This document shows, piece by piece, positions 38,540 through 52,097 of a DNA stretch of 64,000 bases (within the stretch, counting starts at the first letter, position 1; every line of letters begins with the position of its first letter). The DNA is from Nageia nagi (lineage: Eukaryota > Plantae > Pinophyta). The stretch lies in the NCBI GenBank assembly GCA_050084985.1, contig JBITNC010000001.1, positions 102,672,001 through 102,736,000 on the forward strand, in the 5' to 3' direction. The notes under the pieces are model-generated. The model searched no databases and was not told the origin of the DNA. It saw only the letters and a program-made list of their open reading frames with translations. The translations under genes were made by a program, and so were the position numbers.

Positions 38540-41400
38540 TTCAATGGAATTACTTTCAACCATTGCTTTAATCAAAATGTCTAATACTCTTGCAAAATCT
38601 ATTCTTTCATCTTCCACCAATCATCTATTTTCTTTTAGAAATTTATCATACCCTATTATTTTATCCTTTTTTGATCCAAGTTTGTACTCCAAATGGGTTG
38701 ATAAGATTATGCTTAAAGGCCTTATTTTATGCCTTAATTGGAAATAAATTACAATTTGTTAGACTTTATTATGTCTTATTATGATAGCAAATAAGGAAAG
38801 TTTAATGTGGTAACACAATCAAGAAGCTTTTTTTGGGTATTTATCCTATAGACATTGGTCAATTGACTTGCCTACCACATCATGGTGATGATGTACTAGA
38901 AGTTACAATGAAGGCCCTATTGACTCCAGAAGATAAATGCTATCTAGAGTTAAATTACTAGATTCAAATTGAATCAAATGGTAAATTATCTTATAAAATC
39001 CATTTTGATTAAATTTACAAAATAAGTCTATTCAAATTTTTCTATTATATTTATAACTTTATTAAAATTTTGCATTCATTTTTTGAAGAATATCAAAATA
39101 AGAGAGGAATTATCTACCAAAATTTTCAAAAAGAATATTTAAAAGCAATATATGAATTTTTTCAAGCTAGAATTTTGTTGCAAGGAAGAACATCAGATAT
39201 TCCAATTTGGTTTATAGTTTATGTCCTCCATTCATTGAGTGGTCAAAAGTGTGATTGGTATTCATTTATTTCAAAGATGATAAAGCATGATTTGAATTAT
39301 ATGATAATGGTTATGTTGCATACATAAATTTTATTTTGGCTTTTTATCATGAAACATTCTATGATTTAGTGAATACAATTCCAATTTCAATAGCATTGCA
39401 TTCACACATGAGTGTAATCACATTACCAACTAAAGAAATTCAGGTTTATGGTATCTACAAATCATAATTATTTTAGGTTTGAAGTTAAAACTTTAAAGTG
39501 TGAATAATTCTTTTACAAATATTTAAAAAACTATATGTTTTTAGCATTAGGTAGAACAAACATCTAAGAGAAGGGAGGAAACACTTAGAGGAGTCTATCT
39601 TGAAAGTAGTGGTGATACTAAATCTACAAACACTAGTCCACTAATATTAAGATAAGGAATGTAACTTCTTCTACTATCTTTGAAATTTCAATGAATACAC
39701 GTATTTGTGATTATAGTCGATATATTTTAGTTATTCAATATTATCAATAATTTCATTTTTTTAACATATTATTATGGATGTAGGAGAAGTTAATGTAAGT
39801 AATACCATAAGAAGCCATCTAGAAAGGACTTTGACTCATGAGTTTGAAGTTGAAGAAGTCCAATGTATTGAAGCCTCAACAAGAGGAGGAGGTAAAGTTA
39901 GAATTCTTTTTATGCCTTTGCAAGGTGGCATTTTGATGCCACCATTCAAGAAATAATCATGTTACCATGCATAGGAAACATGCTACTGTGTGAATGCATA
40001 ATCATTCCATTGTGTAGATGTATTATATTGTCATCTTTATTACCTTGACTAATGATTATAAATATATGTTTGCATGTAGTTCTAGTTATTATAATTCTAG
40101 ATCAATAAATAGAAGATCAACCTCCCATTTCTAGAAGTAAATAAATGCAATCTCCATATTTTACTCTTATTTTAGCTAAATATTTTTAAAAATTCTCTTG
40201 TCTCAATTTGTTATCTATTAGAAATGAGCTAATAATATACATTTTTTTATATAGGTATCATGTCTCAAAAAAGGAGGTCACCAATGCTTACACCACCTCC
40301 TCCACATTTAGGTATCAACAAGAAGAGTAGGAAAACATATTAATTTATAGAAGGATCATCCATTTGTGAGCCATAAATCTAAAAGGATAGTTAACATAAC
40401 AATAATATCTTCTTTTCCTAATCTTTATTTATAACATGTACATACTATAGGCATTAGTGGTTTGCAAAACATTGAGATGGATGAGGATTATTAGGGAATT
40501 GATAATGGTTCAAATCCTCTATTTAACACCCATGGTATTATTCAGAGTTAAGTTAATATTTCACAACCTCCTCCTCCAAAAATAATGACAAGTACACTAC
40601 CATATCCATAAAATGTATAAGATACTATAGGTAAAAAAGATGACAAAATTATATACTTTCCTTTGAATGCACTTATTTTAGATGATACTTTGGCACAATT
40701 GAAGGATATTGTAATAGATAATATCACTAATTTAAAGATGTGGGAAGTTTGTACCAAAGCATTGATAAAGAAAATCAATACCCCATATCACAATTCTCAA
40801 AGGGATTATTTATCTAAATTGGTTTAGAATGAACCAAAAAAAATAGAAATTTTAAAGGTTCAAGCATAAGCAGGTTCAATTAATGTGGAAAGTGGATATG
40901 ATGATGATGTAATGAGCATTTTATGTAATCATATAAAAAAATTAAATGGATAAGCTCAAGCTTATTTCAAACTTTGGTCAAGAGACAAATATTTGGTAGA
41001 GATTGCAAAAATATAGAAAGAACAAGTTGAGGTAACATACTTTCTAATCTTTTTATATTTTTGTTTATAATTAAAAAAATTAAATTTCATGATTTTTAAT
41101 ATTTTTATATTGTTATATTACTAAAGTCAAGGTATGAAAAATTGATTAAAGATATTCAAGTGTTTAAGATTCATTTAAAACAAGGAAAGAAAAGGGGGAC
41201 TTCAACCATTCAAATAAAAGATGAAATAACTCAGTTAAAAATAAATAAATAATCTTATAGGTTGATAATCAAAGAGCATGGCATTGATCCAAAAATCTTA
41301 TGGAAAGATAAAATAGATGTTGATTGAAGTTTTCTTTTAGTAAGCAATCCATCTATTTCAAAATGAGGAATACTTTCTAATATTTTTGAAGCAACCAATG
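38540..41400 (+). pseudogene. Second, probably multi-exon gene in the hAT element, with a PMD-like N-terminal motif
   Basis: INYNLLDFIMSYYDSK*GKFNVVTQSRSF/LGIYPIDIGQLTCLPHHGDDV (one frameshift in a T7 run) and YEFFQARILLQG...GQKCDWYSFISKMIKHDL. Exon-like blocks are separated by AT-rich intron-like gaps. K/E-rich C-terminal region. Confidence 0.5.
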
Positions 41401-42149
41401 TTGTTGGTATTTTATTAGATGAGCTAGACACTCTAGGAAGATAAGCATATTAGTTTAATTTCATATGAGTAATGTTATGTTGTCTAGCATTGATTGTTAT
41501 GAGATTAATTTGGTTTTGGAGACTACTTTCCTTTTAGATACTTTTATTAAATTATGTTGTGTTTCAAATGTGTTTGAATTTTAAATTTTGTGTTTGAAAT
41601 ATTATGTTTGTTCAAATTTAAATGGTTGACATGAAAATGCTTTATTTAAAATGTATTTCAAAAATATTTTATTTGAAAATGCTTTATGTAATGCACCAAA
41701 TGATAGAATTGTGGCATCATGAAATGACACAGTGTAACCATGAGATGGCATAATGCAATCATGTAATAGCATATTATAGTCATGCGATGGCATAGTAGCA
41801 CCATGATTGAATTTTAAATTTTATGTTTCAAATCTATTTTAATTTTAAATGGCGTGTTTGAAATATTGTATTTATTCAAATTTAAGTGGTTTATATGAAA
41901 ATGCTTTATTGAAAATGGCTTTCAAAAATACTATTATTACAATTTTATGTTTGAATAAAAATAAAGACTTTTAAATTTTTAAACTACAATTGATAACTCA
42001 TAAAAATATTTAATAGAAATTATAAATTAGTAATAAAAATTATAAGACAATAATAACATGTATTTTAATTTCAAAAATAAAATTCATATGGATAAAAAAT
42101 TTGTTTTGAATCATAGTAAAACATACTAAAAAGTACATAACTACAAGTC

Positions 42150-42966
42150 AGGTATATGAAATTCAAATCCTTTAGCAACTTGTTCTCTCTTGGCCTTTTT
42201 TTGTGTACAAGTTTCTAATGGAGTAATTTCTTCATTATTGTCTAAACCCCTCTATTTTGCAATAAAAAACCAAATATTGGCTTCTCTTTCTATGGGAAAA
42301 GAATCCACAACATAAGGGGAAATAAATAATCTAATACATGTATTCACATTTTTATCCAATTTATTTTGAAGCTTGGATTTAATAAAAGATAAAACATTGA
42401 ATACTCTTTCATCTTCAATAGAACCTAAATTGTTTGACATATTTCATATAATCTAAAATACTCACTGATATTTTCTTAAAGAACAATACTTGAATAAACT
42501 TTTACCTAAAGACATTTAATGAAATCATTTTCTACTAGTTCTAATAATAATAAATATTGATCAATAATAGCAAGTCTAAAATAATTAGCTTGTTTTGTCA
42601 ACAACTCTTTACTTAGAATATCATTAACTTTTAGTCCATTTGCTTCTATGACTTTACTAAAATGTGATCTAAGAATTAACATATATTTTCAAAATAAATC
42701 ATGAATTAATTATTCACCATTATCTGTATTCCAAAATTCTAGATTCACAATAACCACTAATTCAAGTAAATCATCTCTTTGAAAGCATTCACTAATCTCA
42801 TTGGATAAAGTCATAGAAATATTTTTCACACTAATCCATGTTTCATAAATAAAATTATTAAAAAAATATTATTTATAGGTAAATCTTCATATTTTGCTCC
42901 AACCACATCTCTTCAAATATGTTGAATATCAAAAGATAGAGAAACCCATTTTCTCAAAGACATAAA

Positions 42967-43040
<74 letters not shown>

Positions 43041-44530
43041 TCATTAAAGTATTGATTTTCTATAACATTGGAATAATTTTGTATAATGTCAACAATATTT
43101 CAAAATCTATCAAATAGGATAATAAATCTTTTGCTTTATCACCTATATTATGGTGTTCATACATATATCCAATTAAATATGGATATTCAAGTAAAACTCT
43201 TTTTGTAGGTTCATACAATGAAATCAATCTTGTATCTACATCTCTTAAAATCTTGTTTCCATTAATTATTCCAGTATAAAAATATTTAAACTCCATATAT
43301 ATTTTTGAACTTCTTATGATATATACATGAACATCATGAATAAGCTCGTACAATTTTGCTATGTTTACAAAAGTGCTAACAATTTTATATACAAGGTTCA
43401 TTTTGTGTACCATACAATGAATGGGAATCATATATAGAGCAACTATGGTCTGTAATCTAACACAAATATCATTTTGATTACCTTGCATTAATGATTGACC
43501 ATCTGCTCCAACATATATAAATTTCATAGCAATTTCGTAATTATCCATTCTACTAAAATCTTTTAAGTTAGAAATAACTAACTTGTAAAGATTTTTTGCA
43601 ATGCAATTTTATTTCATTTTATGAGCATTCAAATGATGTGGTTGTCTACAATAATTCTCAAAAGTGTAAACATGCATGCAAACCCATGAAGTATTATTCA
43701 TTGCTATAACTTCATCAAGTGAAACTAAAATAAATTATGCTTTTTAAACACTTTCTTTTAAATTATCAATTTCAACCATTGATAAATATTTTCCCATTTA
43801 CCAAGAACTTGTCTCTAACTAATGCTTTTGTGATATATTTTGTAATCCAACTCTTTGATATAAAACTTTAAAATTTATAAAATAAGAAATAGGCCTATCC
43901 TATTTAAGAATATGAAAGATGGTACAAATTTGAGTAAATTTTGTTGACCTTTTTATATCAATAATTTTTTCAAAATGAGTTTCTAGTGTTTCACCTTTCT
44001 CTTGTAGATCTTATTTTTTCTTCATATACTTCTCATATTCTATCTCATATCTTAAGTGATTACACTCATCTTCAGTTTTATCCCTATAATACTTGACTAT
44101 TTTTCCATTTTCATCTATTTTGTTGTAATATAATTTACCATAATATTTTTAGATTGTATCAAATTTTAGTTGCATTCAATGTTCTCTTTTTGTTTCCCAA
44201 AAATATATGTTATATTTTCATTCTATTGGATCATTTTAATCACCTAGATCAATTGGTTCAATGAATGGATATTTTTTCATGCAATCAACCTAAAAACTCT
44301 TCCAATAGTCTATTTCATGCTTCTTTTTATTTTCAAGTTACATTTAGTTTTCTTTGTAGATTTTTCTATAGCTTTTTTGAAGATTTTTTATAGATATTTT
44401 AGGAATATCATCATGTGGAAGAATTTCATTTGTAGGGTACTCAATTGCAAGCAGTTGTACATCAATTTAAACAAAAATATTATCATCAACATGTGGCACA
44501 TGATTATTGGTATTTTTTGCATATCAAAGA
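42150..44530 (-). pseudogene. hAT transposase (ZNF862-like type)
   Basis: Catalytic motifs in order: VSLDEVIAMNNTSWVCMHVY, VGADGQSLMQG, IHCMVHKMNL (CxxH), DVDTRLISL, and dimerisation domain GSIEDERVFNVLSFIKSKLQNKL. Confidence 0.9.
42970..43037. repeat. (TA)n microsatellite inside the transposase
   Basis: Directly visible perfect run. Confidence 0.98.
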
Positions 44531-44816
44531 AAAAAGGATTTCTCTTATAATTCAACCTTCACATAGTATTTTAAATATATCAAAACATACATTTGGAATT
44601 GCAAGTATTACATAAAAGATTACATATAAGTAAGATAAGTACCTATATTATTTGAATATGCTTGTTGAGTTTGCTACTATTCATGGGAAAAATAATATAA
44701 TATTTCCTTTTTCCATTTGTTTTTTCTATTGTTACCATATTCCATCTTATATATAATTATTACATAAATAATTTTTTTTCATATTCTTTTGAATGGGGAT
44801 GAAGGTAGAAATATAT

Positions 44817-44975
44817 CATGTGGAGGCATGATACCACTATGTAGAGGCATCAAGCCATTGGGCAGAGGTAGAAAGCCACCATGCAGAGGCATGTTATCAT
44901 TGTACGAATGCATGCTACCACCATATGGAGGCATAAAGCCATTTTGTAGAGGTAGAAAGCTTTTGCATGGTGGTG
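44817..44975 (+). repeat. 21-bp tandem array; related arrays at 38112-38235, 39914-40030 and 41692-41806
   Basis: CATGTGGAGGCATGATACCAC TATGTAGAGGCATCAAGCCAT TGGGCAGAGGTAGAAAGCCAC CATGCAGAGGCATGTTATCAT... Confidence 0.85.
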
Positions 44976-45650
44976 TAGAATAAATACAACTTAAAATCTT
45001 ACAAAACATAACAAGACTAAGAATAAGATCTCACTTGGAACCAAATACTCAAAACTATCTTAAGATCCTAGGTTGATATGCTTACTCAAATAATTTGAGT
45101 CTTCTAAGGCATACAGTAGCAAATAACAATGGATGTAGTGAATTTAGATTAAGGTATTTATATTGGATGATTTAGTCAAAATACAAATAATAATTTATAA
45201 TTTCTAGGTGAAGTTAAATTTTTAATATTTTTAAATATCAATGAAAAAATAAAAATTTAATTTAAAATATTGATTTGAGTTGGCAACCCAAGTTGAAAAA
45301 AAAACATTAGAAACTTTTGGTGATAAAGGTGGTATTGTAACTCTAAAAAATTACCATTTTTAATTTCTAAAATCTTTAAAATTCATTTATTAGCAAATAT
45401 TCGTGGCTAAAATGATCTCTTTTTTAGATCATTAATACCTACGCCATGGTATTGTGTATTATCAAATTTGACTTTATTTTATGTATATGATATGCATTAT
45501 AAGAGGAATTGTATCATTTAGTTTGAGTTGATGTATCTATATTGAATAAATGGATCATATAAGGGTTAGTGGATATGACTTTTTGATATTATTCATAAAT
45601 TGTTAATACAATAACCATGATTATGCAAGCTACTAACTTAAATATCTTAA

Positions 45651-45681
45651 ATATATATAGATATATATATATATATATATA
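45651..45681. repeat. (TA)n microsatellite, interrupted
   Basis: Directly visible. Confidence 0.92.
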
Positions 45682-46849
45682 CACCAAGAGCTATCAATCT
45701 CAAGATGCTTATCTTAAATATCACACTACAAATAAATAAGATAGACATTTCAATATTGATACATCTTATCATTTTTATATATATCTAAGATATCTAAGCT
45801 AGTATATAACTTACAAATGAAGAGTTTATTAAGATATTTAATATATTCTGACATTATATATTTACCTACATAGATATTCATAAATTTCTAAATAAAAAGT
45901 TTAAGAAAAAATATTAAAGGAAAAAAACTATGTTTTATAAAATAAATTACACATGTACATATCCTATAAAGGAAATGAAAAGAATAAGAGGTAGATGATG
46001 TAAAATTCAAAATTAATACTCTATTTTCATTAAAATGATACCATAATTCAAATATATGTTTTAAGTACCTTCTATGCATAATAATACTAATAATGTTTAA
46101 GATAAAAATATATTAAAGAGAATCTATTGCAATATCGACAACCAAAATATCTTAATTTCATGGTAGATTTTAAAACTAAAAGTTTATATTAGGTATGAAA
46201 TATATGTATTTTACTACTATAAATAATTTATCTCACAAAATAAATAGGCCAACATATGATAAAAATATATACTGGAACACACCTAATATGTGTTTAACCA
46301 ACAAATATTCATTTAAGATTGTATTATGTAATAATCTTTCATTATAATATTTTGGTGTATTTAATAATATTGAAATATTATATATCTTATGTTACTATAT
46401 AATGTTATATTTCCCATCTAAAGTAATGTGTTGGGGCTAGGGTTAAGTTTGGATAGATACTCAATATTCATAATAGTATATAATTCTCTATGAAATCCTA
46501 GAAGACTAATGTGAAGAATTATAATTCTATACTTACTCATTTTGTAGGTTACCCCTTTGAAGATATTACCATACTATATTAAAAGAGTTTTATTTTCAAC
46601 TATTTATATTTTTATCTTTCAAAATTTCTTATTATTCTTTAAATATTGTAGCAATGCTTATATTCTAAGCTCATTATTATTTCATATAGATTGTACCACT
46701 TGATATTATTTTTATTATAAAAGTTATCCATTTTATTTTAAAAAGTGGAGTAATTACAATAAAAAAGGTGTGGAGTGGAAAATGACACACTACCATAGTG
46801 GATAAAGGAAATTTGATTTCCTTATATTGTAATGTTGCAATAGTTTATT

Positions 46850-47720
46850 TCTTTGATTGAGGAATTTTATTTGCCAAACTTAAAGCATGGAGGTTTATAA
46901 AAACTATGGTTTGAAGCCCCCTCCAAATTGCAACTTGCAACATTGTTTGGTGAGATATTTATGTCTTCTTTTGACTTCTCCCTTTGAAATAATCTACATC
47001 AAAAATTGGATGAACTCCTCCAAAATGGGTGGGAATTATGTTCCATCCTTAGCCATTGCAACACTCCACCTCTTGCAATACTTACCTATTTCTCCTATAC
47101 TTCTCCACTCAAAATCCACTACCTTAAGTACTTTAGTCAACAAGTTTCATTACTGATCCAAAAACTATCAAAACATGCCTCTTCCTAGCTCATGAAGTTC
47201 TATGGTATATAAAAGTTTGATTCAACTTTAATCTTAGGAGGCCACATTATTGCAACATCATGTTGCTCTTATTTAGACTCATTAGTTACTTAGCCTCCTC
47301 CATTTATTGCATAGTAGTGAGGAAAGTGCACTCAACAAAGATTTATAGTGGATCATTTATTTACCTTGTCAATAAGTAGACCTATGTGTGTTGGTGGCAC
47401 CACTTTGTATGGTTTACTACCTTTTCCTTAAGTAGTTCATGGTTATTTCCCTAGTCCTTAAGTATTATATGCTTATTTTCCTTATCCATAAGCAGATATG
47501 TGAGTGTTGATTGTTACTCTTTATATGGTTTAATGTCTTGTCTTAAGAAGTTCATGGTTTCTACTGTAATCCTTAAGCAATCTCGTGCATTCCCCATGGA
47601 ACCACTTTATTGTATAAATACCATTGCACTTTATGTTGTGCATGGTAGTGATGGGTATCTATGTTATACTAAACCATCATATTTTATATGTAAAAGTATC
47701 CATCATTTGTAATCCATGAA
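46850..47720 (+). pseudogene. Ty1/Copia RT C-terminus and RNase H remnant
   Basis: LSTLVNKFHY resembles YRSLVGxLxY, and LKKF...PMEPLYCINTIAL...YTKP resembles the PxxLYCDNxxA...TKH RNase H end. Confidence 0.5.
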
Positions 47721-49151
47721 GATGGAGTTTATAGCATGTATTTTATTCAATACAGATAATATTTGATCCATCTCATGGTGTATATTTATAAAGCTTTTCT
47801 TTCTTTATGGTTGTATAATGTATTTTTCATTTTTGAGACACTAAGCATGAGAAAACACTTCTGAATATTTATAGGATGATCTAAATCTCTTCCATGATGG
47901 TAATTAGCTATTTGAGGTCATTTTAACTATGTGGGTACTTATTTATTTCCCACTTTGAGTAATGGATTTGGAGTTATTTTTGGTTGTCCCAAATTGCTTA
48001 AATATAGGACTAGTTTACTTCTAGAGGCTATATATTTCATTCTAAACCTCTTTTTTTATGTGATTCCTTTTGTTTTGGATTCTTGGATTCAACATCTTTC
48101 TATCCATACTTTGTTGGTAGAATGCACTCAAAAACCATATCTCTGAACTTGCATTATTTTGCAATATTACTCTTAAACCCCATGGAGTCTTTTTCTTACA
48201 GATAATTTTTGAATACCTCAAATTTATCCAATTTATTCTAAATATTTACCATTAGATAGAGAATTTTATGTTGATCATGTTGATGGATCATAGTGCTAGG
48301 TTTTATTAAGAGACACAAAATTTCTTAGCTCTTGAAATTACCTCTTGAAACTAGTTCAAAATTTGTATTTTAGATTTACCTGTTGATATCATCATCCTTA
48401 AAACATTTAATTCTACATTTTGGCTCAATTACACATTTTGGATCTACCTACTAACATCATCATCCTCTAGACTATAGAAATTTGTATGAAATTTGACTCT
48501 ATAAGTCCAAAATCTGTATGTTTTAGCTTGATTTTGCACTTTAAAACTTGCCTTGCTAGCTCAGCTCCTCTGGATTATGGAATCTACTTAGTATTTGACT
48601 CTAAAATGCATTTGCAAGGCATGGAATGATTTGGATTTGATCCATAACTTGAAATTGATCCTCACTTGAGATCTAGAGCATCATGCCAAATGAGTTCATT
48701 AACTGTTGGTTAGTGAACCTTTATTCTTCAAAGTTACTACTTGAGTTCATCAATTGGTGGTTGATGAACCTTTAAATCCAACAAATTTATAGCCCTTCAA
48801 TGTTTTCCTCTTATACCAATCACTTTTTCTAGAGTTCCAACAAGTCCTAGCAGGCCAAAAACTATTGGAACCCTGACATTTTTATTTGTACTATTTTATA
48901 GTTGGTAGTGAACCTTTTGATTTTCCCAGAGGTTTGACAAATTCTAACTAACCAAAAACTATAATAATCCCAATATTTTCATACTACACTAAGTTTTAAC
49001 TTTCCAAAAGTTTTGAAAAATTTCAAATGACCAAAAACTCTTAGAACTTTGGCATTTTTAGTTCTATAATATTTTGCATCCAAAAAAAGTTATCTTTGTT
49101 CTAAATTCTCTTTGCATTAATGCTTAGTATCCAAGAATATCAAATTTTCAT

Positions 49152-49161
49152 TGGTATCAGA
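49152..49161 (+). promoter_or_regulatory. tRNA-Met PBS of an LTR element; LTR probably upstream, ending CA at 49150
   Basis: TTCA T TGGTATCAGA; second variant TGGTATTAGAG at 49194-49204. Confidence 0.6.
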
Positions 49162-49759
49162 TCTTAGATCCTTGAGCCTCCAAAATATCCAATTGGTATT
49201 AGAGTATTTGGCCCATGTTTATCAACTGGTGGTTGGTAAACCTCAAAATTCTAATAGTGGAATCATTCCAACCATTTGGTTAGGTTATAAAAAATTAATC
49301 ACTAGAAAAATAGTAATAGCTACCTTTGGTCATAAAATGGGCTGTAAAAATATCAAAGCATAATCATTTAAGGAAATTTAGTTCATGTTCATAGTGCATT
49401 AAATATCTCCCCAACCATTATCTATCTCAACAATGTGCCCAAATATATCTTCCCAACCATTAGTAGGCTCAACAACATATCCAACATTAACTCCCTAACC
49501 ATCAATGCACCAATAATCTATATGATGATTATCTTAGCCATCACCTTGGCATCAAGTATCAACCTCTCTTGGCCTTAATTCCTAGCCACAATAACATTGT
49601 CCAATATTGTATCTATTAGTGTCATAATTCCTTGGTTATGGAGGTGGTTGCTATAATAATCTATATATAAATTATGCCCATGCCCATGTAGATGATGGTG
49701 GCCTCTGGCATGATTATGATTAAGAGTGGTTTCTATATTGAGGTTCTATTGGGATATTT

Positions 49760-51680
49760 TTAACACCATAAGGGGCATTTCCCCAATAATCTAATAAATC
49801 TCAAATATAGTTCAACTCCATTGAAAACTTCTCTATTTGATAGCAAACATGTTGCCAAAAATCATTAAAAATGAATAATTTGTTAGAAAAATTAAAGTAA
49901 AAAAAATTTATTTGATTATCAAAGATAATTTTATTTTTTACTTTACAGAGGTGAAAATGTAAGTTGAATCTAAATTTTTTCTAGAATTATTGGAGATGGA
50001 GGGTAAATATAAGAAAATATCCTAGTAAATCTTATTGCTAATAAAGGCTTGTAGTTATGAAAAGATTTAAAAGACAATAAAGCCAATGACATCCTTTTTT
50101 TCTTATTGACATTCCTAGAATTGGTTTAGGTAAGACTCAACTTGATGATATAAGGGTATCTTTGGTCAACAACCCCAAGATGAATGTGGCAAGCATCTAC
50201 ATGAATACTTTGATATAACAAGTCCAGAGAAAAGAAAGATTTCTTTGATTCCATATAGGAGGCCCAAGAAGTCTGAAACCTAGCTCACTAATGGGAATTT
50301 GTGAAGAAGAAATCCCACTTAACATTGAGCTTTTGGACCATGGGAAGGTGTAAACAAATCTATGCATATCCTTTTTTCTTTATAGTTTTGAAAAGATGTA
50401 TCTTTGTACCAACCCCAGTTTGACCACCAAGGTTTTTGAGTTCTAACATTCAACTTGTGAAGAGATAAAATATGAGTACTATTAATAAAAAATCATAACT
50501 AGATTGAAAAACATTATTTAACCTATAATGAGACTTAAATTTTGGCGAATGTATCCAATCCCTTGTGTGTCAAGAATAAAAGTTCACTATAGTTGTATTT
50601 CCTTTATAGATAAGCTTATAAGCATGCATCTATTGAACTGAGGCAAGTGGGTTTCCTTAGTATTGGAAGATTAGGGATCACTAAATATAAATATTATTTA
50701 AAGATAAACCCTTTCTGAATCCATCCCCTTCCCAAAATAACCAAGGCTTCATTTTCTCCCAAGATTTCCAAATACTACAAACAACAAAAGAGCCTGAGAT
50801 TTTAATTAGCACAAGTGCCACAAGAAGAGAAGCAAAATCCATACCTCTGTGAACCTTATGGTTAAGATATGAATATGAAAGAATGCAATTTTTGATAAGG
50901 ACTTTCCAAGATTTAGACCCTTTGACTTCCCAAATAATCCATTTAGTACATAGTGTTTGTACCTTAAAACTTGTAATAAAAAATATCTATTCCTCTTGAA
51001 TATTTAGGAAGGAAACACACATCACATATCACCATATGAAAACCTTTCTTTCTATTAGTATTAAACCATACAAAATCTTGAAGAAGCTTCTCAATTTTAT
51101 CATAAAAATTTTGATGTAGAACCCAACATAAGGAATACTAAATATGTGTAGCTACTAGCACTTTAGGATCAAATTTAAAATTTATGGAAAACTAAAGAGA
51201 GCTTTTTAGTGAACCAATACTCCAACTTATTTTCAAAAATTTTCATTATATATCTCCATAGTTGAGAGGCAGAGAACAAGAAGGTAAAGGGAATGCCTAG
51301 GAACTTAAATATTTCCCTCAATTGAATCCATTTTCAAGGATATTATGCTAGCCAATCAGGCATATTTTTAGAATATTTCCCATAGTAGAAAGTTTTATGT
51401 ATTGAATACTTGAGCTTGAGTCTAGAAAAAACATTTTCAAGAAAAGAAATGATTTTTTAACTAAATGTTCCTCTTGAATGGTGAGAAAGGATACATTTAC
51501 AAAATATCCATTAATAATTTGACCTTAATTAGAGGGAATGGAAATTCCTTACACTAAACTAAAGGAAACTTTATGGATGAGAAAATAGCTAAAGGCTTTT
51601 GCTAGAGAAATTCCTATTTCCTTTGTAAAGGAATAATTATTTCATCAAGAATTTACAATTCCTAGCAATTAAGACCCAAA
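49760..51680 (-). pseudogene. 5'-truncated L1/Tx1-like LINE ORF2 fragment (RT C-terminal half)
   Basis: GISIPSN*GQIINGYFVNVSFLTIQEE (decayed FADD segment), EIFKFLGIPF, KLEYWFTKKLSL, VLVATHI*YSLCW. Confidence 0.75.
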
Positions 51681-52046
51681 AATACTATTTTTTTACTATA
51701 ATGATTAAAATATATTACACTTCATATCATAATATAGTAATATATATTCTAAAACTATAACTACTCCCTTACTCTATTGTGTTGATATACTTTCTTTAGC
51801 ATTGGATTCTTGTTAACTCTTCCCTCCTTATTTTCTATTTTTGATCTTTCTCTCTTTTTTTTCTACTCATAAAATTTCTATATTGGGTATTTAATGAGGT
51901 TTTTTCCTTGAATGATTCCCCTCATCTTTCCACTATTGTAAAATTAATAATATTTAATCAAACATTAAAATTTATGATTCATAACATTCTCTCACTAAAT
52001 CAAAATTCAATATCCTTTGTAATATGAATGATAATGTTAGTTAAAT

Positions 52047-52097
52047 GTATATACATATACATACATACATTTGTGTGTGTGTGTGTGTGTGTATATA
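52047..52097. repeat. Compound (TACA)n/(TG)n microsatellite
   Basis: Directly visible. Confidence 0.92.

Larger units (their letters stand above)
37936..45421 (-). mobile_element. hAT-superfamily DNA transposon (about 7.5 kb) with two convergent genes
   Basis: TIR TAGGGATCATTTTA (37936-37949) vs TAAAATGATCTCTT (45408-45421), 12/14 match. Decayed 8-bp TSD TCATATAT / TTTTAGAT (5/8). Internal hAT transposase. Confidence 0.72.

Noticed and set aside
44779-45009. ORFs with 7-aa periodicity on both strands (also 41602-41793 and 38113-38304); CRISPR-like appearance
   Set aside because: By-products of 21-bp tandem arrays. There are no unique spacers and no cas genes, and the context is eukaryotic.
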